Positions 9,530 to 18,796 of a stretch of DNA of 64,000 nt are shown piece by piece (position 1 is the stretch's first letter; each line of letters starts with the position of its first letter). The position numbers and the translations under genes were made by a program. Under the pieces are notes generated by a model. That model ran no database searches and was not told where the DNA came from. It saw only the letters and a program-made list of their open reading frames with translations. The DNA is from an uncultured Candidatus Actinomarina sp. (GTDB lineage Bacteria > Actinomycetota > Acidimicrobiia > Actinomarinales > Actinomarinaceae): assembly GCA_902635945.1 (NCBI GenBank), contig CACPPU010000001.1:299453-363452 (forward strand). Reading direction: 5' to 3'.

Positions 9530-11243
9530 CTAAATTCCAAGCTGAAAATAGTTGTTGATAAATTTCATTATTTGCAAGTAAAGTTTCATGATTATCAAAA
9601 CCAACTAATTTACCTTCACTCATTACAAGTATCTTTTCTGCATTTAAAATAGTTTCCAGTCTATGAGCAATAACAACAGATGTTTGATAATCAAGCAATG
9701 TATCAGTTGCGTCAAGAATGGAACTTTCAGATTCAATATCTAAGTTAGCTGTAGCCTCATCGAATACAATAATTTGTCTTTTAGCAAGCACTGCTCTAAG
9801 TAAAGCAATAAACTGTCTCTCTCCTGCTGAAACATTTGCTCCTCTTTCTCCTACGTCTTGTTCTAATCCATCTTCATATCTATCAAACCAATCGATCAAG
9901 CCAATATTTTCTAACTCACTTTTTAAATCTATTTTTTCAGGATTAGAGTAAATTAAATTATCTCGAATTGAACCTCTAAATAGAAAGCTTTCCTGAGGAA
10001 CGTAGGCAATATTCTTCCTTGCCCATTTTTGTGATATGTTTTTTGAAGATTCACCATAAAACTTTACATCCCCTTTATTTGGAAGATAAAATCTTAAAAT
10101 TAATTTTGCGATAGTGCTTTTTCCAGCTCCTGTTTCTCCAACAATAGCGATTTTTTCTCCTCTATCGATTGAGAAAGAAACATCGTGAAGTACAGTTTCC
10201 CGACCATAGGAAAATTCGACATTTTCGAATTTAATTACATTATTTGAATCTACTTCTGGCGAAAGAGTTCCTGTTTTACTTAATACAGGTTCTTCATCTA
10301 AAATTGAAAAAACTTTCTTCATTGAGGACCCTGCAGATCTTAAAAGATCATAGTTAAAAGAAAGTTGAATTAGAGGATCAAAAAAATAATTTAGATAAAA
10401 CAGTAATGCAACAAGTTCACCAACAGTTAATGTACCTTGCTCTATTCTTGCAGCTGCAAACCATATAACTACTGCAATTGAGGTGACTCTTGTAATTTCC
10501 AAAAAAGGAAAGTATATTGCAATATTTTTGGCTGACTGCATGTTTGCTTTTAGGTGCTCATTATTTACTTCTTTAAACCTTTTTAATTGCTTGGATTCAT
10601 CTGCGTAAGCTTGAATAATTCTTACACCTGATATTCCCTCTTGTAGAGATGATAAGACTTGTCCTATCCATTCCCTCACTGACCAGTATGTTTTATCGGC
10701 GTGGTTTCTAAATATTTTGGTTGCAATTCCAAGTAACGGAAGAATCAAAAATGATAGTAACGAAAGCTGTACATCTACCAAAAATACAGCAATGGTAGCA
10801 CCAAATATGGTGAGTAAAGAAGTCAAAATACTACTAGCTCCTTCCCTTGCAAATTCATTCAAGCTTTGCATGTCAGAAGTCATTCTTGCTACCAGTACTC
10901 CTGTTTTATTTTTTTCAAAATAATTAATGTCTAAAGATGACATATGTCTGAATAATTTTTCTCTTATGCTTTTTACATAAGATTCACCAACAAGACCAAT
11001 AGAAAGAAGTGCCTTGCTTGTCACAAAATACAACACAATAAGTGTTAGGAAATAAAAGAGGCACTGAATTAGTAAGTACTGATAGTCATACTGCATTACA
11101 CCATTGTCAATTCCTCTGGATATTAACTGTGGACCAATCATACGCACGCCGGTTCCAACCATTGCAATCATTGAAGCAAAGAAGAAGGGTCTATGAACTT
11201 CTGGTACTAGTTTAAATGATCTTATGAAGGTGTTCTCTTTCAT
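9522..11243 (-). CDS. Heterodimeric ABC exporter subunit (TMD+NBD)
   Basis: 6-TM N-terminus, Walker A GETGAGKST, degenerate signature VSAGERQ, Walker B FDEAT, H-loop IAHR. Confidence 0.93.
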   Translation of the reverse strand: MKENTFIRSFKLVPEVHRPFFFASMIAMVGTGVRMIGPQLISRGIDNGVMQYDYQYLLIQCLFYFLTLIVLYFVTSKALLSIGLVGESYVKSIREKLFRHMSSLDINYFEKNKTGVLVARMTSDMQSLNEFAREGASSILTSLLTIFGATIAVFLVDVQLSLLSFLILPLLGIATKIFRNHADKTYWSVREWIGQVLSSLQEGISGVRIIQAYADESKQLKRFKEVNNEHLKANMQSAKNIAIYFPFLEITRVTSIAVVIWFAAARIEQGTLTVGELVALLFYLNYFFDPLIQLSFNYDLLRSAGSSMKKVFSILDEEPVLSKTGTLSPEVDSNNVIKFENVEFSYGRETVLHDVSFSIDRGEKIAIVGETGAGKSTIAKLILRFYLPNKGDVKFYGESSKNISQKWARKNIAYVPQESFLFRGSIRDNLIYSNPEKIDLKSELENIGLIDWFDRYEDGLEQDVGERGANVSAGERQFIALLRAVLAKRQIIVFDEATANLDIESESSILDATDTLLDYQTSVVIAHRLETILNAEKILVMSEGKLVGFDNHETLLANNEIYQQLFSAWNLVN

Positions 11244-11245
11244 AT

Positions 11246-13000
11246 CTATATCTCCGAAGTTTCATTTTCTAGAAACAAAGATTTGTAAGTATCTACTGAT
11301 TCCATAAGCTCTTGATGTTTTCCTTGGGCTTTGACTCTGCCATTTTCGAGAAACACTACTTCATCACACAACTCTATAGTTGGGACTCTATTTGTTATTA
11401 TTAAAGTCGTCATATTTGACATTACTTGATTTAATTCGTTTCGAATCTCTTCCTCTGTACTAGCATCTACAGCTGAAAGGGCATCGTCAAGAATAAGAAC
11501 ACGTGGCTTTCTTAAAATAGCTCGAGCTAATGCAATCCTTTGCCTCTGCCCTCCAGACAAGCCGTAACCTCTTTCTCCTACCTTTGTTTCATAAGATTCT
11601 GGAAGCTGTGAGATAAAATCATGCGCTCTAGCAATAAGTGCTGCATCTTCTATCTCTTCTTGGGATGCATCTTCTAACCCAAGTGAGATGTTTTCTCTTG
11701 CCGTATTAGAAAATAAAAAACTTTCTTCAAAAGCAAGGCTTACATTACTTCTTAAATCACTCAGTCTTAAGTTCTTGATATCTACTCCATCAATTTCGAT
11801 AGAGCCAGACTCAATTTCATACAATCTTGGAAGAAGATATGCTAGTGTAGATTTTCCAGAACCTGTAGAACCTACTATTGCTACAGTCTTTTTTCCCTCA
11901 ATTTCTAAAGTAAGGTCATCAAATATTTTCTCATTTCCATACTTAAAATTTACTTTTGAGAACTTCAATGAACCGTCTCCATCTTCAGGTAACTCATTAG
12001 GGGATTCATCATCTGTAATTGTTGGTGTTTCATTAAGGAGCTCAAGAATTCTATTTCCGGCTGCAACACTTGAAGGTATTTCGGATAAAAACCAAGCTGT
12101 AATTCTAAGAGGCCAAATTAACAAGAAAACATATTGTGTAAAAGCTATAAATTCACCAAGAGAGAGAAAATTATTAATTGTTAAATATCCACCTAAAAGC
12201 AACACTGCAAGTGTTATTACCATTGGTATCAATTCAAATAAAGGAACAAATCTTGTTCTCAACTTAAGGTAACCGAGTGAAGTGTCATAAATTTTTTGGA
12301 CCGCATCTTCTACTCTATTAGAAGCTTGTTCTTCATTCCCAAATGCTTTTACAACTCTGATTCCTCCCAACTGTTCTTCAACTTCAGTTGTCATATTTGC
12401 TTCTGCTTCTTTTACTTTCAAAGAAACTCCCATTGCTTTAGAAGAAAAGTTAGAAGCTAACCACAATACAGCTGGAATAGATAGCAGCACTATGCCTCCA
12501 AGTGGAAGACTTAAGCTTAATAATGTCACACTTAAAATCAGAAGTAGAAATATGTTAGCGGATGCAAGTGGTGCAATAGCAAAAGCTAACCTGACTTGTG
12601 ATGCGTCACTTGAGGCTCTTGCCATTAAATCACCTGTTGGTACTTTATCGTGGTAATTAAATGCAAGTTTTTGCATGTGTGTAAAAATTCGATTCCTAAT
12701 TCCAGCTTCAACATTATAAGAAACATCCATACTGAAGTATCTTCTTGTACCAATTGAAATTGCTCTTGTATATCCTGCGATAACCATAAAGGAAATAAAT
12801 ACAATTACAGCTCTTTGGTTTTCAGCAACAATACCATCGTCAATAATTCTTTTGATTAAATATGGTTGAATAATTACTAAAAAACACCAAAGAAGCGCAG
12901 AAATATTGGAAATATAAAAGCTTTTTTTGTTTTCTTTTATACCTTCTACAAAAAAAGAAATTGCTTTTTTAAATTCTGGCGTTTTAAAGACTTTAAACAT
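11246..13000 (-). CDS. Heterodimeric ABC exporter subunit (TMD+NBD) contributing the degenerate site
   Basis: GSTGSGKST and LSGGQRQ; Walker B LDD (Glu to Asp) and H-loop ITNR (His to Asn), as in asymmetric heterodimeric exporters. Confidence 0.93.
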   Translation of the reverse strand: MFKVFKTPEFKKAISFFVEGIKENKKSFYISNISALLWCFLVIIQPYLIKRIIDDGIVAENQRAVIVFISFMVIAGYTRAISIGTRRYFSMDVSYNVEAGIRNRIFTHMQKLAFNYHDKVPTGDLMARASSDASQVRLAFAIAPLASANIFLLLILSVTLLSLSLPLGGIVLLSIPAVLWLASNFSSKAMGVSLKVKEAEANMTTEVEEQLGGIRVVKAFGNEEQASNRVEDAVQKIYDTSLGYLKLRTRFVPLFELIPMVITLAVLLLGGYLTINNFLSLGEFIAFTQYVFLLIWPLRITAWFLSEIPSSVAAGNRILELLNETPTITDDESPNELPEDGDGSLKFSKVNFKYGNEKIFDDLTLEIEGKKTVAIVGSTGSGKSTLAYLLPRLYEIESGSIEIDGVDIKNLRLSDLRSNVSLAFEESFLFSNTARENISLGLEDASQEEIEDAALIARAHDFISQLPESYETKVGERGYGLSGGQRQRIALARAILRKPRVLILDDALSAVDASTEEEIRNELNQVMSNMTTLIITNRVPTIELCDEVVFLENGRVKAQGKHQELMESVDTYKSLFLENETSEI

Positions 13001-13050
13001 GTTTACTCATAATAATTGGGTAAAAAATTTAAAATAATGGACTAAATACT

Positions 13051-13068
13051 TTGTGCATTATTTCACAA
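13051..13068. promoter_or_regulatory. Rex/CRP-type palindromic operator TTGTGCATTATTTCACAA upstream of the menA fusion
   Basis: One mismatch to TTGTGAA-N4-TTCACAA; lies just upstream of a putative -10 (TATCGT, 13075-13080). Confidence 0.65.
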
Positions 13069-13087
13069 GCGTATTATCGTAGTCGAT

Positions 13088-14605
13088 ATGAATGATGTCT
13101 TAGATAAAAAAATTGAGAATGTTTTAGATCAAGCTGATCGAATGTTTATTGCTACAAGTGTAGGAGGAAACTCTTCTGGAGCTTCTGTGTTTTTTAGTAG
13201 AGATGGAGAGGATTTAGTTTTCTTTACCTTCCACCCTACCCGCAAAGCTGAGCAAATAAGATTAAACCCGAGAGTGCATGTTGTAATCTGGCCAAAAGGT
13301 CAAGAAGGAATCGAAGGATTACAAATTGATGGAGAGTGCTACAAAATCAAAGATGAGGATGAAAAGAAAAGAGCATACGAACTAGTCTTAAATACAACCG
13401 AAGCTTTCAAAGAGTTCATGGAAGATGAGTTTTTAATCAAAAATGATGTTGTTGGTTATTACAGAATTAAACCAACAACTATTAAATATGTGAACTTTTA
13501 TCAAGAAGAAAAGTTTGAGTGGAAGACATATCCTGCAAATAAGACATCTGCAGTAAAAATGGCTTTCAAACTTGGATTAAAAAGAATTGGACTTTGGCTT
13601 AGGACAATTCGTGCACCATTTTTAACAGCTACTTTTGCCCCAATTTTTATTGGCGCAGCAGTCGCATGGAATGATTTAAAAGAAGCTGGTTTAGATTCAA
13701 GTTGGTCATGGAGAATGTTTTGGCTTGTTCTTGGTGGAGCATCACTAGCTCAAGTTGCTACAAATGCGTCGAATGATTATTTTGATCACACTTCTAACGC
13801 CGACGAAATAAACAAGGTAGCAAGTCCGTTTAATGGTGGTAGTAGGGTTATACAAGTTGGCTTGATGACACCTGGACAAGTTCTTTTAACTGCATTAGTT
13901 AGTATTGCTGGAACTGTTGCCATCGGTCTTCATTTAAATCAACAAGTTAGTGGAGAGTTTTTTGGTAATACTCCAATTCTATGGACAGGTATAATTGGGA
14001 CATTTTTAGCACTTGGTTATACAGGTGACCCAGTAAGACTTGGATACAAAGGTTTCGGAGAAATCGCAATTGCACTTGGATTTGGTCCAGTTATGGTAAT
14101 GGGAGCTCATTACGTATTGACAGCGTCAATTCATAACAATGTAATTTCAGAATGGAATTGGATTGAAGCATTGATTGCATCTGTTCCAATAGCAATTCTT
14201 GTAATGCTCATTGTCTGGATTAATCAATTTCAAGATGCTCCTTCTGATGCTGCAGTAGGTAAAAACACTTGGGTTGTGAGAACTGCAGAACAAGGTGAGT
14301 GGATGAAGCTTGAAAAACCAATGAAGTTGTATAAGCAATTCATGATTGAAGCATTCGTTGCAGTTGCGTTTGTAGGTGCTATAAGTTTTTTCACAGATTA
14401 CGGTACAGTTTATGCTTTCATGGCGTTACTCCCCCTAGCGCTTGTATGGAAAGCTTTTAAGATGGCAGATGAATGGATGATTAAGTGGAATAATCCTGAG
14501 GCTGATCGTCAAAAAGTTCCTTATGAACTTCTGTTAGTAAATGTATCTACAATAGGAATCCATTTCTTAACAGGTATTTTGCTTGCAGTGGCATACATTC
14601 TCTAA
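13088..14605 (+). CDS. menA: Fusion of an N-terminal pyridoxamine-5'-phosphate-oxidase-like split-barrel domain and a MenA-type prenyltransferase (UbiA family)
   Basis: N-terminal ~145 aa with MFIATS, FFTFHPTRKAEQIRLNPRV and GLQIDG; C-terminal WLRTIRAPFL, NDYFD and NQFQDAPSDAAVGK Asp-rich motifs, GGSRVI, many TM helices; followed by menG. Confidence 0.85.
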   Translation: MNDVLDKKIENVLDQADRMFIATSVGGNSSGASVFFSRDGEDLVFFTFHPTRKAEQIRLNPRVHVVIWPKGQEGIEGLQIDGECYKIKDEDEKKRAYELVLNTTEAFKEFMEDEFLIKNDVVGYYRIKPTTIKYVNFYQEEKFEWKTYPANKTSAVKMAFKLGLKRIGLWLRTIRAPFLTATFAPIFIGAAVAWNDLKEAGLDSSWSWRMFWLVLGGASLAQVATNASNDYFDHTSNADEINKVASPFNGGSRVIQVGLMTPGQVLLTALVSIAGTVAIGLHLNQQVSGEFFGNTPILWTGIIGTFLALGYTGDPVRLGYKGFGEIAIALGFGPVMVMGAHYVLTASIHNNVISEWNWIEALIASVPIAILVMLIVWINQFQDAPSDAAVGKNTWVVRTAEQGEWMKLEKPMKLYKQFMIEAFVAVAFVGAISFFTDYGTVYAFMALLPLALVWKAFKMADEWMIKWNNPEADRQKVPYELLLVNVSTIGIHFLTGILLAVAYIL

Positions 14606-15229
14606 TTGGCTGAAAAAGCTAACTTTTCAAACATATATAAGTTTTACGACTTAATTAATTCTGTCATAACGCTTGGGTTTGATAAATCTTGGAGAAACAA
14701 AGCTAGTAATCAAATAACTGGAACAAGAGTTCTAGATCTTGGAAGTGGAACTGGTGCTGCTTTTCAACAGCTTCAAAACCTCGAAGTAACAGCCATAGAC
14801 CCTGATGAAAAGATGCTTCAACTTAATAAATTTAAAAACAAAATTATTGGTGGTGCTGAAAACCTTCCGTTTCCAGATAACTCTTTCGACAGTGTTTATT
14901 GTGCTTTTGTATGGAGAAATGTAAACGATCCAGCAAAAGGAATTGAGGAGGTATATAGAGTTTTACGACCAGGTGGAAAATTTATTCTTCTTGATATGAC
15001 AAGGCCTAAAAATAACTTTCTTAAATTACTGCATAAGATAGGCACATTCAAAGTTACTTTACTAATAGGTTTGTTAACTTTTAACCTAAAAGAGTACAGA
15101 TTTCTTCACAACTCATTAGATAAATATCCTCAACCTGAAGAATATTTTCAAACCCACCCTTTCCAATATTGCAATATAGAAAGAATGGGCTTGTTTAAAT
15201 TTGTCTACCTAGCGGTGCTTACTAAATAA
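14606..15229 (+). CDS. menG: Demethylmenaquinone methyltransferase (UbiE/MenG family)
   Basis: YDLINSVITLGFDKSWR, LDLGSGTG, LPFPDNSFD and RVLRPGG; TTG start directly after the menA stop. Confidence 0.85.
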   Translation: MAEKANFSNIYKFYDLINSVITLGFDKSWRNKASNQITGTRVLDLGSGTGAAFQQLQNLEVTAIDPDEKMLQLNKFKNKIIGGAENLPFPDNSFDSVYCAFVWRNVNDPAKGIEEVYRVLRPGGKFILLDMTRPKNNFLKLLHKIGTFKVTLLIGLLTFNLKEYRFLHNSLDKYPQPEEYFQTHPFQYCNIERMGLFKFVYLAVLTK

Positions 15230-15230
15230 A

Positions 15231-15833
15231 TTACTGATTAGCTAAAGCTACAAGAAGTTGTCCAACTTGATCCTGTGGAAGGTTTCCTGTTCTTCTTGCA
15301 ACAACATTCAAATCTTTATCTAAAAACACCCAGTAAGGAAATGCGTTTAATCCGTAAGCAGTGGCAATCTCTTTATCGAGGTCATATAACTGCGTTTCGG
15401 ACCATCCCTCACTTGCTAGCCAATCGTGTGGAGGATAATTATCCCTTGCTCTATCAATTGAAGTTGCAACCGCTATTAAATCTATGCCATCTGGTACACC
15501 AATTAGATCTACATATTCTTGGACTACAGGTACTTCTTTCTGGCAGTATCCACACCAGTGAGCAAGAAATATTAATGCTTTAGCGTTACCATTCTTCTCG
15601 ATTGTTACAATCTCTGAGTTTTGATTAGGTGCAGAGAAAGTTGGAGCAGCCAAACCTCTAGCAATATTGTCATCATTTTCTGATGCAAACTCGGGAAGAA
15701 AATCACCATTTACTGTTGTTTCACCTTCAGGTAAGTTGCCATCTATAGGTTCATCAACAAGTGTTACACCAATAGCAACAGCTAATCCTATTGCTAAAAC
15801 TACTCCACCAGCAATTAAAAAGTTTTTATTCAA
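15231..15833 (-). CDS. Membrane-anchored TlpA/thioredoxin-like thiol-disulfide oxidoreductase
   Basis: N-terminal TM helix, AHWCGYC active site, cis-Pro loop AFPY. Confidence 0.9.
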   Translation of the reverse strand: MNKNFLIAGGVVLAIGLAVAIGVTLVDEPIDGNLPEGETTVNGDFLPEFASENDDNIARGLAAPTFSAPNQNSEIVTIEKNGNAKALIFLAHWCGYCQKEVPVVQEYVDLIGVPDGIDLIAVATSIDRARDNYPPHDWLASEGWSETQLYDLDKEIATAYGLNAFPYWVFLDKDLNVVARRTGNLPQDQVGQLLVALANQ

Positions 15834-16344
15834 CTATTTCCTTCCTCGATAAATCATAATACAACAGAGCTAAAAATATAGTTAAAAATCCTGTAGAGGC
15901 CATTACAGGTATTGATATAAATCCAAAGATATCAACATATTTTAGATTACACGGCACGTCTAGAGCACAGGATCCTCCTCCGCCTCCACCATTTTGAAGG
16001 TAAATATGATACGCACCTATTCCAACACCTACAAGGCTTAAATATCCTGCACGAATGAATTTTTTATTAAATAAACCAATGATCAAAATTAAAGCAATAG
16101 GATACATTAGATAACGTTGATACCAACAAAATTTACATGGAATAAATCCAACAACTTCTGAATAAACCAAGCTTCCAACAGAACAGACAATAGCTACTAA
16201 TGTTGCAAAGTTATAAAACTGATCATTTATAACTTTGCTAAACCTTTTTTCTGTAAAAATAAAAAATAATATTAGTAAACAAATAGCCCAGGCAACAAAT
16301 GTAAAGAAGCCAAATAAAGTATTAAAAAAAACAATTAAGTCCAT
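15826..16344 (-). CDS. dsbB: Disulfide bond formation protein B (DsbB/BdbC family)
   Basis: PCKFCWYQR motif, second Cys pair (SCALDVPC), FISIP and 4-5 TM helices. Confidence 0.9.
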   Translation of the reverse strand: MDLIVFFNTLFGFFTFVAWAICLLILFFIFTEKRFSKVINDQFYNFATLVAIVCSVGSLVYSEVVGFIPCKFCWYQRYLMYPIALILIIGLFNKKFIRAGYLSLVGVGIGAYHIYLQNGGGGGGSCALDVPCNLKYVDIFGFISIPVMASTGFLTIFLALLYYDLSRKEIVE

Positions 16345-16359
16345 AAAGAATTTTACCCT

Positions 16360-16395
16360 AAAAAAAATGATAGGCGGTCAATGCCGCCTATCATT
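16360..16395 (-). terminator. Intrinsic terminator after the rhodopsin gene
   Basis: 12-bp perfect stem AATGATAGGCGG/CCGCCTATCATT with a 6-nt loop, followed by a U tract on the minus strand. Confidence 0.85.
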
Positions 16396-16417
16396 AAAGT
16401 TTTTGTATGAAAAAGTT

Positions 16418-17077
16418 TTAGACTTTTTCTCCTGACTTGATTCTTGCCATTCCAAGTACCAATACACCAAGACCAACTTTGTTAACAATGTCAGCAATTG
16501 TGTAAAGAACTTCTCTAATAGCATCAAAGTCGCCTGCTACTGGAGCTAAATAACCTAATGGATAGATTATCCAACCAACAAGAATGAGATTTTTAATTTT
16601 CTCAAACTGATCAGCTTCTGCAGCTTTAAGTCCTGCACCCTCTGCTTGAAGATTTCTCATCAAGTATGCGTATGCAACCATAGCTACAACAAATCCTACC
16701 CAGTATGCATCACTGCCTGCAGCAGCTGTCTCACCATAATAACCGCCACCAATCATCACGACAGCAGCCAATCCCCAGTTTCTAACTTTTTCGTTATATT
16801 CTGCACCTGAAGATGTTACGGCAAGTACCTCTACGAACATTAATGGTACTGTTAGGATCCAGTCGACATATCTTAAGCCTGTATCAAAATCGCCACCAGC
16901 CCATGAGCCAGTCATTTTGTTATAGTGATACCAAGCTATACCTGTCACAAGAGCGGAGATATATACTCCTCTTCTGTGTTTTGGATCTACTTCTCTTGAT
17001 GATGCAAGTAAAAATACTGTTCCAGCGAGCATACCCACTGTTGCCACCATAAAGAGTCTGTAAGTAAGTTCAGCCAT
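16418..17077 (-). CDS. Microbial rhodopsin, DTE proton pump (marine actinobacterial clade-like), predicted green-absorbing
   Basis: 7 TM helices; helix C RYVDWILTVPLMFVE gives D-T-E with Met at the spectral-tuning site; His in WYHY; retinal Lys in ADIVNK; strong RBS GGAG. Confidence 0.95.
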   Translation of the reverse strand: MAELTYRLFMVATVGMLAGTVFLLASSREVDPKHRRGVYISALVTGIAWYHYNKMTGSWAGGDFDTGLRYVDWILTVPLMFVEVLAVTSSGAEYNEKVRNWGLAAVVMIGGGYYGETAAAGSDAYWVGFVVAMVAYAYLMRNLQAEGAGLKAAEADQFEKIKNLILVGWIIYPLGYLAPVAGDFDAIREVLYTIADIVNKVGLGVLVLGMARIKSGEKV

Positions 17078-17107
17078 TTTAGCCTACTCCTTTTGTTTAA
17101 TATTACA

Positions 17108-17125
17108 TTGTGAAATTAATCACAA
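17108..17125. promoter_or_regulatory. Rex/CRP-type palindromic operator TTGTGAAATTAATCACAA upstream of the rhodopsin
   Basis: Perfect TGTGA-N6-TCACA core; arms extend to 17102-17131 with 11 of 12 pairs; about 30 nt upstream of the start codon. Confidence 0.7.
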
Positions 17126-17192
17126 TATAATGTTATTCATTTTGTGCACTTGTGAATGTTATTTTAAATTTTTTTTAAAAATCGATGTAACT

Positions 17193-18695
17193 TTATTTTG
17201 AAATACTAGTAGGGACACCTAAAGACTCATTGCCCCATTTTTTAAGATAAGGCTTTAAATTAAACTTTCTAGCTGTTGAGTCAGAAGTCATGTATCTAAT
17301 TTTCCCAAATATACTGCGCTCTGGCCCCCACGCTCTATCATATCTCCCAAGAATCCAGAATACTCCTGAATAAGAATTTGGATCTCTGCCGTCTAAAGAA
17401 TATCTATCGTTGAGTGTGATCATGTAAGAAAGAGCAATTTGTGGATTTGGTGTCCATTCAAGAATTTTTTTGCCCCACAACATTCTTAAATAGTTTTGAA
17501 TTACTCCTTGAGTTCTTAATTGATTTTGAGCTGCATTCCAGATTTCGTCATGAGTTTGGGAATAGGTTAATTCATCTAATGAATAAATATGCTCTCTTTC
17601 ATCAGAAGAATGTTCATGTAAGGTTTTTATAGCCCATTCTGGCAAACTAGAGTACTGATTATAATTAGCACGTCTTACGCATGTATGGTACCCAAGCTCT
17701 CTCCAAGTAATCAATTCATCCATGAAGCTTTCAAAGTTTTCTGAGCTTCCCCACCAGCCTTCTCTCCTTCCTACCATTTTTGGATTTATAGACTCTGGAG
17801 ACCAAGACTCCAATTCAGATATTTTATCAAATACTTCATGAGTAGAGATTTGACCATGATGAAAATATGGAGATAATTGGCTGCTTGCTTCTTTCGAAGG
17901 ATCGCTTCTATATTTTGCATAATCTTGATATCCAACTTCGATGAATTTATTTAATTGTTTTATAGCATTTGAATATCCACCTTGTATTGAACTTATCTCA
18001 ACAGTTTTATCTATATTCAAATTTTCAAGAAAATCATCAATATTTTGATTCTTAAAATCATATGGAATCCACTTAGTTTGTATATCTTTGATCAGTGAAG
18101 CATCAAATTGTTTGTTCAAAAAATCTAAAGGATTTTCAAGAGGTGTTTCAATTATAAAATCTTCTAAATTCTTGTGTAGGTACCTTCTAAAGTCATGAGC
18201 TCTTACGTACTCTTTTTCTGAGAGTCTAATTGGAACAATGCCGTTTGAGTCAACTAGTTCATATCTAGTATTTATCTCCCCAGAAGCTTTTGCTGTCATT
18301 TGGGGCACAAAATAAGTTGGGTAATCGTCAGTTACTACTACTGAAGCATGTTTTGAAATTTCTGTTAAAAGCCCTTCAGATTCCCTTGCTGACTGTTCAA
18401 CAAATGGATAGTAAAAAGCCTTTGAACCTGAAACTTGTTCGTCTACTTCTTTCATTCCCTCAAGGGTGAACTTGTGGAATCGTATACTTGACATGGGATA
18501 ATCAAGTATCAAAGGTTCCAAAATTAGTAGTGGCTGAGAAAGTTGATTTGCCCACTCGACTGCTCGCTGTAGTGCAAAGTTGTATCCAACCCTTTTAAAG
18601 GAAATCATCCAATAAACAACATACTTTGAATCTGTTATTGATTCAGGGTTTATGTCTTTGAGTGTAGTAACACGTGTAAGTGGAACTTGTACCAT
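17193..18695 (-). CDS. phr: Deoxyribodipyrimidine photolyase (class II CPD-like)
   Basis: VVYWM, SQLSPYFHHGQIS, THDEIWNAAQ, YLRMLWGKKILEW, DGRDPNSY and IFGKIRYM motifs. Confidence 0.92.
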   Translation of the reverse strand: MVQVPLTRVTTLKDINPESITDSKYVVYWMISFKRVGYNFALQRAVEWANQLSQPLLILEPLILDYPMSSIRFHKFTLEGMKEVDEQVSGSKAFYYPFVEQSARESEGLLTEISKHASVVVTDDYPTYFVPQMTAKASGEINTRYELVDSNGIVPIRLSEKEYVRAHDFRRYLHKNLEDFIIETPLENPLDFLNKQFDASLIKDIQTKWIPYDFKNQNIDDFLENLNIDKTVEISSIQGGYSNAIKQLNKFIEVGYQDYAKYRSDPSKEASSQLSPYFHHGQISTHEVFDKISELESWSPESINPKMVGRREGWWGSSENFESFMDELITWRELGYHTCVRRANYNQYSSLPEWAIKTLHEHSSDEREHIYSLDELTYSQTHDEIWNAAQNQLRTQGVIQNYLRMLWGKKILEWTPNPQIALSYMITLNDRYSLDGRDPNSYSGVFWILGRYDRAWGPERSIFGKIRYMTSDSTARKFNLKPYLKKWGNESLGVPTSISK

Positions 18696-18796
18696 ACATA
18701 GGTATTTTAAATTCAAAATTGAATTATTACATAATAATAAGGAGTAAATTAGTTTTAAAATTTCAAATTTTTAGCTACACTAAAAAGGTTTAAATT

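Noticed and set aside
11688..12272. Long antisense ORFs (194 aa here; also 61243-61809, 39533-39967, 29852-30277)
   Set aside because: Each lies fully opposite a well-supported conserved gene and has no motifs of its own.
9522..13000. Non-canonical ABC motifs as a sign of pseudogenisation
   Set aside because: The substitutions combine into one degenerate site, the standard pattern for heterodimeric exporters.
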